Below are positions 40,279 through 50,057 of a stretch of 64,000 bases of DNA, one piece after another; positions within the stretch are counted from its first letter, which is position 1; each line of letters starts with the position of its first letter. The DNA comes from Candidatus Magasanikbacteria bacterium RIFOXYB2_FULL_38_10. Lineage in GTDB: Bacteria > Patescibacteriota > Patescibacteriia > Magasanikbacterales > UBA10003. The DNA is taken from assembly GCA_001783145.1 (NCBI GenBank), contig MFQT01000016.1, forward strand, positions 3,796 through 67,795. Reading direction: 5' to 3'. Under the pieces are notes generated by a model, which had not been told where the DNA came from, did no database searches, and saw nothing but the letters and a program-made list of their open reading frames with translations. A program made the translations under genes and the position numbers.

Positions 40279-40701
40279 TCAGGAGTTGTCCCCCCCCCCC
40301 CCAAATTCAATACCGCTGGCACCGGTTAAATAAAAAACTACAAAATAAGTAATAGCGTAAGCGGCTACCACAATTATTAAACCAACGATAGATCTTTTAA
40401 TTATATCCTGTGCTTCATCCACTTCTTTAGATTCACCCCTGGCTAACATCCACTTAAAACCGCCGTAAATCATTAAAATCAAAAATATCACCCCCAACAA
40501 AACTAAAGCCGCCTCAATTATACCCCCCACAACAGCTTCTAATTGTTTAGGTTCTCCGCCGTAAGCTGGTGCCAGTTTTCCAAGTTCTGTTCCGGCATTT
40601 TTTATAGTAGGGTTATCTTGCGCCAAAGCTTGCAACTGACTAAAAATAAAAAAACCGGAAATAATAAGGAAAAAACTATAAAACAAAACTTTTTTAAACA
40701 T
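40279..40701 (-). CDS. VirB2/TrbC-like pilin with 3' poly-G tract
   Basis: GGFKWMLARG..VDEA..SIVGL; G13 run at 40290-40302. Confidence 0.8.
   Translation of the reverse strand: MFKKVLFYSFFLIISGFFIFSQLQALAQDNPTIKNAGTELGKLAPAYGGEPKQLEAVVGGIIEAALVLLGVIFLILMIYGGFKWMLARGESKEVDEAQDIIKRSIVGLIIVVAAYAITYFVVFYLTGASGIEFGGGGDNS
40290..40302 (-). repeat. homopolymeric G13 tract
   Basis: 13 consecutive C on the plus strand in an AT-rich genome. Confidence 0.9.
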
Positions 40702-40705
40702 AAAA

Positions 40706-41098
40706 TTATGTTGTTACAGCGGCTACAATCCTGGTTATTAAAAATTGAGAAATGGCGTAAGCTAAAATAACCACTATTATACCAATAATAGCCATAGTAA
40801 TGGTATCTTTAGCCGTTTCCACATCTTTAGTGTCTCCTTTGGCCAGCATCCACTTAAAACCGCCGTAAATCATTAAAACAAAAAAGATTATGCCAATTAA
40901 AGACAGGGCGTAGCCGGTTAAACGCGTGACATAAGCTTCTACAGTTGAATTTTCAGACGTATTTAAGCCGGTTTTTTGAGCCGATTGATTAGTAATTTCC
41001 AAAGCATTTTTAAAATTACCAAGTTGCGCCACAGCCGGTGTTAGGATAGTTAAACAAAATAAAATTGACAAAGAAAAAACAAATATTTTTTTAAACAT
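40706..41098 (-). CDS. VirB2/TrbC-like pilin
   Basis: GGFKWMLAKG..VETA..AIIGI; start at MFKK. Confidence 0.8.
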   Translation of the reverse strand: MFKKIFVFSLSILFCLTILTPAVAQLGNFKNALEITNQSAQKTGLNTSENSTVEAYVTRLTGYALSLIGIIFFVLMIYGGFKWMLAKGDTKDVETAKDTITMAIIGIIVVILAYAISQFLITRIVAAVTT

Positions 41099-41102
41099 AC
41101 TT

Positions 41103-41447
41103 TTATTGAGCCACAGCAAAGACATATTTAGTAATTACGTATGAGGCGGCCACAATAATAATACCAATAATAGAATTGATAATGATATCCTTAGCTTCTC
41201 CGGTTTGTTTGGTGTCGCCTCTGGCAGTCATCCACAAAAAACCGCCGTAAATCATTAAAGCAAAAAAGATCACGCCTATTAAAGACAAGCCGGCTCCCAA
41301 AATTTGCCCTACCCTGGTCTGAATAGTGCCCTCCATAGGAACACCGGCTCCCTTAGCCGTTTCTTGCAGGCCATATTGTGCCAAACAATAAGGAGCCAAA
41401 GCAAAAGAGGAAAAAATTACCGCTAACCAAGAAAAAATTTTTTTCAT
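41103..41447 (-). CDS. VirB2/TrbC-like pilin
   Basis: GGFLWMTARG..GEAK..SIIGI. Confidence 0.8.
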   Translation of the reverse strand: MKKIFSWLAVIFSSFALAPYCLAQYGLQETAKGAGVPMEGTIQTRVGQILGAGLSLIGVIFFALMIYGGFLWMTARGDTKQTGEAKDIIINSIIGIIIVAASYVITKYVFAVAQ

Positions 41448-41457
41448 AATTTATTCG

Positions 41458-41701
41458 GAGATAATTGGAAATTTTGGAAAATAATTGTTTTAAATATGAC
41501 ACAGATTCTTTGCCTGCGGCTCAAGATAACGTGTAAAAAGCTGGCAATGAAACGCCTAACGATAAACTCACAACAATCAATTTCCAAAATTTCTAATCTC
41601 TTAAGGGACGGGTGCTTTAAAAAAGCCCAAAGATCTAGACTTAAGTTTCCGCTTAAGCCTTAGGCCTTAGAAACCTATTTCCAAATCTTTTTCCCGTCCC
41701 T
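41458..41701 (-). repeat. two long imperfect hairpins inside the pilin array
   Basis: agggacggg...cccgtccct (41604-41701) with inner ggcttaag/cttaagtc; gaaattttggaaa...tttccaaaatttc with gagat/atctc ends (41458-41600). Confidence 0.7.
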
Positions 41702-41718
41702 CAAACATTTTCAAAATA

Positions 41719-42108
41719 CTATGGAGTGGTGGTTGCATTAACCAAACTGTTCACCACGAAGCTGGCAATAGCGTAAGCCGCTAAAATAATAGCCAAACCA
41801 ATTACACCATACATAATTCTCTTTTTGGCTTCGTCTGTAGCTTTTTCATTGCCTCCGGCAGTCATCCATTCAAAGCCGCCAATTAAGATAATAACCACGG
41901 CTACGATACCAAGAAGCCCCATGGCTGTTTTGATAATTGTAGCTACTGTCTGACGAACATCTTTGGTGCCAAGTCCGGTATAGGTGCCATAAGAAATACC
42001 CAAATCATTGGCATTAATAAGCCCTTGAGCTGAAGCGGCCACTGGCAAAACCAAGAGCGCCATAACAAACAGGCTGAGTCCGAAAGAAACAATTTTATTT
42101 GCGTTCAT
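41719..42108 (-). CDS. VirB2/TrbC-like pilin, probable major subunit
   Basis: GGFEWMTAGG..DEAK..GVIGL; strong GGGAGGTGA SD before ATG 42108. Confidence 0.85.
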   Translation of the reverse strand: MNANKIVSFGLSLFVMALLVLPVAASAQGLINANDLGISYGTYTGLGTKDVRQTVATIIKTAMGLLGIVAVVIILIGGFEWMTAGGNEKATDEAKKRIMYGVIGLAIILAAYAIASFVVNSLVNATTTP

Positions 42109-42158
42109 TTGATTCACCTCCCTTCTTAAAAATTTGATTTTGATTATTTATCTATAAG

Positions 42159-42674
42159 TTATTCTACCGGACAAATAGACAAGTCTTTACAAAGTCCCGG
42201 AACCAGAACACCTCTTGGGCAGGAAGCGGAAGTATCTTTAATATCAGCCGTAGTGGTAAGCTGTGAACACTGATAAACAGGATCCTGAATCACACAACAT
42301 TTAGGACCGGGGGTGCCCGTTGTCAATCCCCTGATTAAAAAATCCACTAAAAAATAACTGCTAAAAATTATAGCTAAACCCACTACCGACCATAAAAAAA
42401 CATCCCTACCTTTCTTAATTTTAGCAGGTTCACCCTGCGAGGTCAACCACAAAAAACCGCCATAAATAAAAAGTAAAAGGGCAATGGAACCACTAACGGC
42501 AATGGCTCCTTTAGCCACCTTGCCGGCAAAAGTCAAAACGCTCTGTTTGGTAATTTCTTGCTGACCCAAAGGGTTAGGAAGGCCTTGCTGTGCCCAAACT
42601 TGAGCCGAGAAACCCAAAATAAAAATTAAGGACAAGACCAAAATTATTTTTTTAATTTTTTTCTGCTGTTTCAT
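42159..42674 (-). CDS. VirB2/TrbC-like pilin with Cys-rich C-terminal extension
   Basis: LPNPL, GGFLWLTSQG..IKKG..VVGL; six C-terminal Cys. Confidence 0.78.
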   Translation of the reverse strand: MKQQKKIKKIILVLSLIFILGFSAQVWAQQGLPNPLGQQEITKQSVLTFAGKVAKGAIAVSGSIALLLFIYGGFLWLTSQGEPAKIKKGRDVFLWSVVGLAIIFSSYFLVDFLIRGLTTGTPGPKCCVIQDPVYQCSQLTTTADIKDTSASCPRGVLVPGLCKDLSICPVE

Positions 42675-42677
42675 ATT

Positions 42678-43223
42678 TTATGAGGATAAGGCGGTAAAAA
42701 CAAAATTCAAAATAAAATAACTGCTAAAAATAACAATCAAACCTATGCCGGCCCAAAGCATTGTTTGGGTGGCTTTTTTAATTTGTTCTGATTTCCCCGC
42801 AGAAGTAAGCCAAAGAAAACCGGCGTAAACAAAAAGAATAAAGGCAATAGTACCCAAAAAACCCATCACGGCCATAATAATATTGCTAATAAGGCCCTGT
42901 ACAGTTAAGCCATACAAGGGATTGACAATGGTTCCAATATTACTTGGGGAATAGGCGGCCGCGGTTTTACAATTACCCAAAGCCTCAATAAATTGAGTTT
43001 CACAATTCCTTCTGTTTTCTTCTGTCTGTGCTGGATAGCCACCTTCAATAGAGGCTGCCTGAGAATAAACTTTATCTAAACAAGCCGTATTAGCTTCTTG
43101 AGCTTTTTCGGAACAATCTTTTTCTGCGGATTTGGCCAAAGAAACAAAACTTAAATTAAAAATTAAGGCCAAAAGAAACAAAACTAAATTGACTTTAATT
43201 CCCTTTACCAAAAATCTCCGCAT
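42678..43223 (-). CDS. VirB2/TrbC-like pilin with Cys-containing N-terminal insert
   Basis: IVNPL, AGFLWLTSAG..IKKA..GIGL; four Cys in the N-terminal region. Confidence 0.78.
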   Translation of the reverse strand: MRRFLVKGIKVNLVLFLLALIFNLSFVSLAKSAEKDCSEKAQEANTACLDKVYSQAASIEGGYPAQTEENRRNCETQFIEALGNCKTAAAYSPSNIGTIVNPLYGLTVQGLISNIIMAVMGFLGTIAFILFVYAGFLWLTSAGKSEQIKKATQTMLWAGIGLIVIFSSYFILNFVFTALSS

Positions 43224-43230
43224 AATTTTA

Positions 43231-43752
43231 CTATTTTATTTCCACGTTAATACTGCCGGTAGGTAAACTAACCGAGGTGCTTCCTCCGGCTTTAATTACG
43301 GTGTCTAAAATAAAACTTAACAAAAGCTGGGCAGAAAAAATTATAACTAAACCAATAGCCGCCGCCACCAAGGTTTCCTTACCTTTTTTAACTCTTTCCC
43401 CACCGGCCGCGGTTAAAATTACAAACCCGCCATAAATAAAAAATAATAAAGCCACACCGCCCACTACTTCAAAAGCAACATTAACTACATTAACCAAAAG
43501 CTGTAAAAAAACATTAATATTGCGGCAACCGCAGGTTTTTTCTTTAGAAGTTCCCTCAAAATAAACGCAATCGGGAAAGAACCAAGAAGGGTTGCCGGAT
43601 GAGTACAGGGGAATTCCCTTATCGTCTTTTAATTGTTTTAAATCACAAACAATCGGCTCGGTTCCTGTTTGTGCCAAAGCCTTAAAAGGTAAAGCTAAAA
43701 TAATTACCCCTAAAAAAGCAACCAGTATTCCCTTATATATTTTGCCCTCCAT
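43231..43752 (-). CDS. VirB2/TrbC-like pilin with Cys-containing N-terminal insert
   Basis: YGGFVILTAAG..VKKGK..AIGL; four Cys. Confidence 0.75.
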   Translation of the reverse strand: MEGKIYKGILVAFLGVIILALPFKALAQTGTEPIVCDLKQLKDDKGIPLYSSGNPSWFFPDCVYFEGTSKEKTCGCRNINVFLQLLVNVVNVAFEVVGGVALLFFIYGGFVILTAAGGERVKKGKETLVAAAIGLVIIFSAQLLLSFILDTVIKAGGSTSVSLPTGSINVEIK

Positions 43753-43754
43753 AT

Positions 43755-45158
43755 TTACATTGTTTGATTAACCCCGGCCACGGCATTCTCCACGGCTTTG
43801 CGGTAAGCGGCTGGATCATTTAAAAACTCTTTATCCAAAATATTATCAATCATTTTAATAAAATATTTATCTGCAACAGCCGCATCTTTTCCTTTATACC
43901 AAGTTTTAGCCGTTAAAAGTTGACCCGCAAAAACCGCTAGATCCGGATTTTGCATTTGAGTTGGAATAAGTTCACGCAAAGCGGTAATCTTTCCGGTTTT
44001 ATTAAGATATTTTACCACATTTTTAGGATCACTGGCAAAAAGTAAAAAATCCCAGGCTTCATTGGCATTTTGAGTCTTTTTGGAAACTGTTTCTGCCCAA
44101 AACAAACCAAAATTAACCGGTCGTTCTGGATTGATTTGCGGCAAGGACACTACATTATAATTTAATTTTGGCGCGCGAGCCTTAATAAAAGCTTGATTAT
44201 AACCATAACCTATATAAAAAGCGGCCTGCCCACGAGTAAAAGAATCCAAAGAATTAGGCATCTTGCTGTTCCAAGTATAAACCTGCTTAGTGGGCTGGGC
44301 AAAATCGGTATAAAACTGCAAGGCCTGATCTGCCGGCGGCACGGATCCGCTCCAACCGGATGGCGTTTGATTAAAAGTGGGATAACCGTTGTCGCTAGTC
44401 ATTGGTACTCCGTTTTGCATCATCAAAACAGACAAAATATCCCCCGCTCTGTCTACGTTTTGACTAGTGCCCAGAGCCGCTCCGGCTCTTAAGATATTAT
44501 TCTGTTGGTCAATCTTAGTAATCGCAATGACATCTTTTTGAAAATCAGTCCAAGTTTTGGGAGCTTCGGCAATACCCGCTTGATCTAACATTTCTTTATT
44601 ATAAAACAAAGCTAAAGTGTCTACCGACAAAGGCAGACCGTAAATCAATTTGCTGGTTTGGCCAGTCGCAGGATCAAAAGTGGGAATAATTATATTATCG
44701 GCTACTGCGCCAATATATCTATCTTGAATATTTTTAGCCGAAGGAGTGGTGACAGTTTTAATATCCACTACTAATTCTTTTTTAAGTGTTCCCTGCATGC
44801 TTTGAAAAGCCTCTTTGACCGTAGAGGGCATTGGTAAAATTTTGCTTTGATATTTTCTAAGCCAATCATTTTGAATGGAGAACATATCCGGACCTCGATC
44901 TTCAGCCAAAGCATTAAGCAATTCCTGTTCAAAGTCTTCTATTCTTAATTTACGATAATTAATGACGATATTAGGATGCAAAGCCTGATAAGCAGTAATA
45001 ATTTCACCAAAAGAATCAGAATCATCCAAAACACGCCAATAATTTAAAGTAATGGGTTTGATGGCATTTTGCTGTTCTGCGGTTAAACCTTGTTTACAAC
45101 CCAAACCGGAGGTGATTAAAAAAGAAAAGATTAAAGCAAAGGGCAAAAATTTTTTCAT
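43755..45158 (-). CDS. extracellular solute-binding lipoprotein (carbohydrate-binding SBP-like)
   Basis: Lipobox-like SGLGC, GPDMF, YGLPLSVDTLALFYNK, PKTW, AWDFL. Confidence 0.85.
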   Translation of the reverse strand: MKKFLPFALIFSFLITSGLGCKQGLTAEQQNAIKPITLNYWRVLDDSDSFGEIITAYQALHPNIVINYRKLRIEDFEQELLNALAEDRGPDMFSIQNDWLRKYQSKILPMPSTVKEAFQSMQGTLKKELVVDIKTVTTPSAKNIQDRYIGAVADNIIIPTFDPATGQTSKLIYGLPLSVDTLALFYNKEMLDQAGIAEAPKTWTDFQKDVIAITKIDQQNNILRAGAALGTSQNVDRAGDILSVLMMQNGVPMTSDNGYPTFNQTPSGWSGSVPPADQALQFYTDFAQPTKQVYTWNSKMPNSLDSFTRGQAAFYIGYGYNQAFIKARAPKLNYNVVSLPQINPERPVNFGLFWAETVSKKTQNANEAWDFLLFASDPKNVVKYLNKTGKITALRELIPTQMQNPDLAVFAGQLLTAKTWYKGKDAAVADKYFIKMIDNILDKEFLNDPAAYRKAVENAVAGVNQTM

Positions 45159-45166
45159 AGATAAAA

Positions 45167-46048
45167 TTATTTTATCTTTTTAATATATTCTTTAATTCCT
45201 TCGGCCAGTTCCGGACGACGCAAAGCAAAATCTAAATTAGCCTTTAAATACTCCAACTTATTGCCTGTATCATAATAGTAACTATTTTTTATCTCACAAG
45301 CATAAACGGGAAATTCTTTTTGAATCAATTTCTCTATGGCATCGGCGAGCCACAATTCTCCTCCCTTGCCCGGCTTTAAATCTTGTAAAATAGGAAAAAT
45401 TTCTCCGGGCAAAATATAAGCGCCGTGGGTGGCCAAATTAGATGGCGCTTCCCCTGCTTTGGGCTTCTCCACTATCTTTTTTATTTTAAAAATATTGTCT
45501 TCTACCGGTTCCACATCGGCAATACCATAACGGCTTAAATTTTCTTCCTCCACCCGCACCGCAGAAATTATGGCTCCGCCTTTTTTTTCATAAACATCTA
45601 CCATCTGTTTTAAACGCGGCGGATTGGCATAAATAAATTCATCACCCCACATTACGGCAAAATTCTCATCATCATCTATTAAATGGCGACAACAATAAAC
45701 GGGGGTGGCGTTGCCATAGGGCCCTTTTTGGCGAACATAAACAAAATTAGCCATTTCGGCAATATGACGCACTTCTGCTAACTCTTTTAGTTTACCGGCC
45801 TCCTCCAAACGTTTCTCCAATTCAAAAGAATGATCAAAATAATCTTCTATGGCCCTTTTATGCCAACCCGTGACAATAATAATATCTTTAATGCCGGCGG
45901 CCACGGCTTCTTCTACCACATATTGAATCACCGGTTTATCCACAATTGGCATCATTTCTTTAGGCATGGATTTGGTAGCGGGTAAAAATCTGGTGCCAAA
46001 ACCGGCGGCAGGAATAATAGCTTTAGTTATTTTTCTATGATTTTTCAT
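45167..46048 (-). CDS. galU: UTP--glucose-1-phosphate uridylyltransferase
   Basis: KAIIPAAGFGTRFLPATKSMPKEM, VRQ, VEKP, YDTG. Confidence 0.95.
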   Translation of the reverse strand: MKNHRKITKAIIPAAGFGTRFLPATKSMPKEMMPIVDKPVIQYVVEEAVAAGIKDIIIVTGWHKRAIEDYFDHSFELEKRLEEAGKLKELAEVRHIAEMANFVYVRQKGPYGNATPVYCCRHLIDDDENFAVMWGDEFIYANPPRLKQMVDVYEKKGGAIISAVRVEEENLSRYGIADVEPVEDNIFKIKKIVEKPKAGEAPSNLATHGAYILPGEIFPILQDLKPGKGGELWLADAIEKLIQKEFPVYACEIKNSYYYDTGNKLEYLKANLDFALRRPELAEGIKEYIKKIK

Positions 46049-46129
46049 ATTTTACTTGTAAGACTGAATATTTTGTTCAAAAACTTGTGTCTAAATTGTA
46101 TCATTTTAAAGCAATTGACACAACTTAAC

Positions 46130-47515
46130 CTATTTAATTTCTCTCCAAGAAATTAAATGATATTCGGTTCCCACAAAAAAGGACGGGGGAGGAGAATAAG
46201 TTAAATTAGCATCGTAATTGGTAAAAGTATTGCGATAACCTGAAACCACAGAACCTCCTTGCGTCACCCAACTCCAAGTCCAAATACCTTTAGAAATAAC
46301 ACTGCCGTAAATAGTTAAATCATTCAGAATATTACCGGAATAATAAAATCTTTGGGCACTGCCGTTTTGTGCCACTACTGCGGCATCAATTTCTAAATCA
46401 TTTGGAGAATAACGCGGAATTAAAATATCTTTTTGAGCAATTAAACCTAAGGAATCAGAGCCGTCCTTAGCCGTATAAACAATATTATTAGGAATAACAA
46501 TAGTAGTGTAAGTGTTAGGATTAACGGGAAACTTGCCTGAACCCACAGTCAAATGACCTTTAACTGTCCCCTCCACCCAAACCTTATCCTCAATAAAAAT
46601 TAAACCGTTAGCAGGATTAGCAAAGTTACCTTGTAAAGTTTCATTTTTAACATCATAGGATTCATAATGTTTCACACCATTCACATCTTTGCCATAACCT
46701 GGAGAAGGAACTGGTTTTAAAGATGTCACTTTATAAAGATCAAAGGTACTGTTGCTCTTAAATTTTATATGATAACCATAGGCTCCGGAAGAAGAACGAT
46801 AAAAGCCGTCGCTCTGCGCTCCGGTCCTGACATTGGATAAATCTATAGTAATGCCATCAAAATCAAAAGCCGGTATGGGAAATTGCCAAAAATTAGTTGG
46901 GCCTCCGGCGCCCCAAATACCCGGCTTGGTGGTATTATTGCATCCCGAACCAAAAATGGGTTTACAAACATAAGTTGGTTTAGCCGAGGTAATCGGCGCA
47001 TCAGCCGTACCATCAAACCTAATACCACCGTTGGCATGTAATTTTCCGTGAATAATTTCATTATCACCAATCCAAACATCCGAATTGGTTAAAAAAGCAA
47101 AATCAGCCAAAGAAGGAAGACCCATTCTGATTTGAACTTTTCTTTTAGTATTAGGTTGATCCAACGTATAACCGGTGGAAACAATAGTGACAACAGAAGA
47201 GCCAGTGGTCGGCGGGGTTATTTCCAAACTAAATCTGCCAATAATATTGCCATCTTTATCCAGATAATCATGAACATAGGGTCCGGGGCCGCCTGTGCCG
47301 TCCTGATAATCAGTACCACTGTGCGCCAAATGCCAGCGGTAATATTCAGCACCAGCTTCGGCAATTTGAAAGGCCTGCTCATTATTTTGATTAAAATGAG
47401 CCGCTCTGTTTTCCATCACTCCGAAAACAGCCACACCATTAAAAATGGCAGTGACGGCCATGGCTCCAAAAACCAGCGCAATCAGCAAAATATTTCCCTT
47501 TTTTTTACTCGGCAT
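46130..47515 (-). CDS. PilX-like minor pilin with large C-terminal domain
   Basis: KKG-NILLIAL class III signal, AFQIAEAG, terminal SWRE motif. Confidence 0.75.
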   Translation of the reverse strand: MPSKKKGNILLIALVFGAMAVTAIFNGVAVFGVMENRAAHFNQNNEQAFQIAEAGAEYYRWHLAHSGTDYQDGTGGPGPYVHDYLDKDGNIIGRFSLEITPPTTGSSVVTIVSTGYTLDQPNTKRKVQIRMGLPSLADFAFLTNSDVWIGDNEIIHGKLHANGGIRFDGTADAPITSAKPTYVCKPIFGSGCNNTTKPGIWGAGGPTNFWQFPIPAFDFDGITIDLSNVRTGAQSDGFYRSSSGAYGYHIKFKSNSTFDLYKVTSLKPVPSPGYGKDVNGVKHYESYDVKNETLQGNFANPANGLIFIEDKVWVEGTVKGHLTVGSGKFPVNPNTYTTIVIPNNIVYTAKDGSDSLGLIAQKDILIPRYSPNDLEIDAAVVAQNGSAQRFYYSGNILNDLTIYGSVISKGIWTWSWVTQGGSVVSGYRNTFTNYDANLTYSPPPSFFVGTEYHLISWREIK

Positions 47516-48116
47516 ATTTTAAATTTCTTATCTCGGCCTTGGCATTAATAGTAATGGGCAAAGGAGAAAGTCCGGGCTTTTGATCTATCACCAGACTCAT
47601 TTGTACCATACGCACGTCTAAAACATTAATTGGAAAAGATAAAGCGGAACCAAGACCGGTATAATTTTTATTAAAATAAGAAAAAGGTTGCTGGTCGGCT
47701 GTTAAGTCATGAACCACACCGGTGATTACTTCTGTTGAATCATTATAAGATAAGGGATTGCCCGAGGGTTTGATGACTCCTTTTTTAAAAAGCGACCCCG
47801 AAACAAAATATCTTACTTTTTCCGCGTAGCTATCAGAATCAATATCACTATAGAAAGCAAAAGAAGTGGGAGTGGCTTCGGCCACCATATAAGAACCAAT
47901 GCTGGAGGCTGAGGCGTTACGTAATTCTTTAACAAAATCCGCGGCTACGCGTCTGGCTTCCTTTTGAGCCGTCAGTTGATTATAAATAATATTATTAGAA
48001 GAAAAAATGGTGCTAATGAATAAAGCGGCCACGGTAATAAACAAAATAAAAATGCCTAAAGAAACCAAAACTTCTATTAAAGTAAAACCGGAAAATTTTT
48101 TAAAAATTAAAAGCAT
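47505..48116 (-). CDS. type IV minor pilin (prepilin N-methylation motif)
   Basis: GFTLIEVLV, KELR. Confidence 0.85.
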   Translation of the reverse strand: MLLIFKKFSGFTLIEVLVSLGIFILFITVAALFISTIFSSNNIIYNQLTAQKEARRVAADFVKELRNASASSIGSYMVAEATPTSFAFYSDIDSDSYAEKVRYFVSGSLFKKGVIKPSGNPLSYNDSTEVITGVVHDLTADQQPFSYFNKNYTGLGSALSFPINVLDVRMVQMSLVIDQKPGLSPLPITINAKAEIRNLKYAE

Positions 48117-48122
48117 AAAAAA

Positions 48123-49913
48123 TTACGGGCTCATTAATACTTCCACCTGAGAGCGGCCACTGACATCGGCCGTGGTGATTACGTTTTGATAACCAGGGAG
48201 AGTTACCGTTAAATTGTAAGTTCCCGAATCTAAACCGTAAAAAAAAGATTGGCCCGGGGGCGTGCAACCCGAGGTATAACTAATGGACACTTCTGATAAT
48301 TGCGGAGAAAAATTTTGATTAGCGGTTGATAAACTTATTTTATAACGCAAAAATCTGTCACCATTATGCACTGCGGAAATATTGCTATCACTGACAGTAT
48401 AATAAGTTTCTCCGGTTCCGTCCGGACCTAAAAAATTCCAAGAACTTGGCGCCGAGGAACTGGCCGTAGCAATTTGAAATTTAATAGAATCAACTCCGGT
48501 TTGAGCTGGCTGACTTAAGGGTTCCCAAATGATATTGGTAAAATTGCTGGCTGTTCCAAAGTCAATGGTGGAGGAGATTAATTCGCCGCTCCATTGATAT
48601 TTATTGCCGATTTTTTTTAAATACAAATCACCGGCGGGGCTATTTGTTTCCACTCCTCCATCTTGTAAAAAATAGCCTGTTTCGTCTATAAAGTTTTCTT
48701 GTCCCGAACCGCCCGACCAATCTGTTTGTCTTAAATAACCGCGTCCGGTAACCAAGGAATCGCTAAATGTCCCTTTATCAATAGAAACCGCGGCGTTAGT
48801 TAAAGGAAGTTTGGTGGCGCTATCTTTAATTGTTAAAAGCAAAGAGTTGGTTGTGTGTGAATGCAAGATTACAGATAAGTTTTGAGTAGCATCGGGAACT
48901 AAAAAAACCGGCAAGGTGGGAATGGTTCCGGCCACATCGTAACTTCCGTTAGACAAATTAAAACTATAAGTGTCCCATTCCAAATTATCTAAAACTTTTG
49001 TTCCCTCACTATTGGTGGAAACGGTTTGATCATAACGGTAAACATTAGGGTTTTCACCAATCACCTTGGAGCCACTGACGGAGAAAGAAATGTTGGAAAG
49101 GCCACTGCATTGCGGATTGATAGCAGAAAAATTGATGGTAGAAATTTTATCAATGGAAAAAGAAAGATTAGTGACGGTTTGTGAAGCCACGGTAGCCAAG
49201 GGTTTGACTGGATTAGGATTATTGACAGTTTCGGGAATAGTGTAATCGGTTGTGTAGCCATTTTTAGAAACAACAACAGAATACCCCTCGGTAGAAGTGG
49301 CTATGTCAATTATTTTTAATTCCCCATTAGTGTTAGTGGTATCGGTAAGATCAACATTGGGATTAACTAAAGTATTGGTAATATGAACTGTGGCCCCAGG
49401 CACCAGCAGGCCGGAAGCATCAAAAACTTTAATAAAAAGAGAACCGTTTTGGGAATCGGCTTCCGTATTTTTAGGAGAGATTCGAGCGGTTAAAATTGTA
49501 GGCCTTACCTGTCCGCCGGTGCAAGACGAACAAAAAACACGGACCTCGGCCAATTTAAAGTCGGCCGGAGAGGTATCATTGGGAGAACCTCCGGCCAAAC
49601 CGTCAAAAGGATCATCTATATTACGGATGGTTGTTTGTACTAAAAAAGACGCTCCATTACGCAAGGTGGTAGTGGTTTGCGGCCACACCCCATTAGGCAC
49701 CCCACCAATGGTTCCGGTACTTTCATAGGGCAAATTACGTAGAGTTTCTATAACTTCATTAGCTACTTGTGTTTCCAAAACTTGCACGCGAGAAATGTAG
49801 GTGACTTTAAAAACATAAATAATCACCGCATAAACTCCGGATAGAATAACGGCAAAAATGGCAATAGAAACTAAAATTTCAATTAAAGTAAATCCTTTTT
49901 TAATCCTGGTCAT
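48123..49913 (-). CDS. large type IV minor pilin with beta-sandwich (carboxypeptidase-regulatory-like) domains
   Basis: GFTLIEILV, IETLRNLPY, GATV..T..TNTNG, GYSVVVSKNGY. Confidence 0.82.
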   Translation of the reverse strand: MTRIKKGFTLIEILVSIAIFAVILSGVYAVIIYVFKVTYISRVQVLETQVANEVIETLRNLPYESTGTIGGVPNGVWPQTTTTLRNGASFLVQTTIRNIDDPFDGLAGGSPNDTSPADFKLAEVRVFCSSCTGGQVRPTILTARISPKNTEADSQNGSLFIKVFDASGLLVPGATVHITNTLVNPNVDLTDTTNTNGELKIIDIATSTEGYSVVVSKNGYTTDYTIPETVNNPNPVKPLATVASQTVTNLSFSIDKISTINFSAINPQCSGLSNISFSVSGSKVIGENPNVYRYDQTVSTNSEGTKVLDNLEWDTYSFNLSNGSYDVAGTIPTLPVFLVPDATQNLSVILHSHTTNSLLLTIKDSATKLPLTNAAVSIDKGTFSDSLVTGRGYLRQTDWSGGSGQENFIDETGYFLQDGGVETNSPAGDLYLKKIGNKYQWSGELISSTIDFGTASNFTNIIWEPLSQPAQTGVDSIKFQIATASSSAPSSWNFLGPDGTGETYYTVSDSNISAVHNGDRFLRYKISLSTANQNFSPQLSEVSISYTSGCTPPGQSFFYGLDSGTYNLTVTLPGYQNVITTADVSGRSQVEVLMSP

Positions 49914-50002
49914 AAAATGATTATAACATTTTTTTTAAAGCCTGTCGCTAAAATTTATTAGTCCAATTTAAACATTAAGCAGTTTCCACGGACACGTCAC
50001 CC

Positions 50003-50043
50003 AAATAAAACACCGCCCAGCATTACACCGGGCGGTTTATTTT
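50003..50043 (-). terminator. intrinsic terminator
   Basis: accgccc...gggcggt flanked by A/T runs. Confidence 0.65.
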
Positions 50044-50057
50044 GTTAAAAACTAAAT

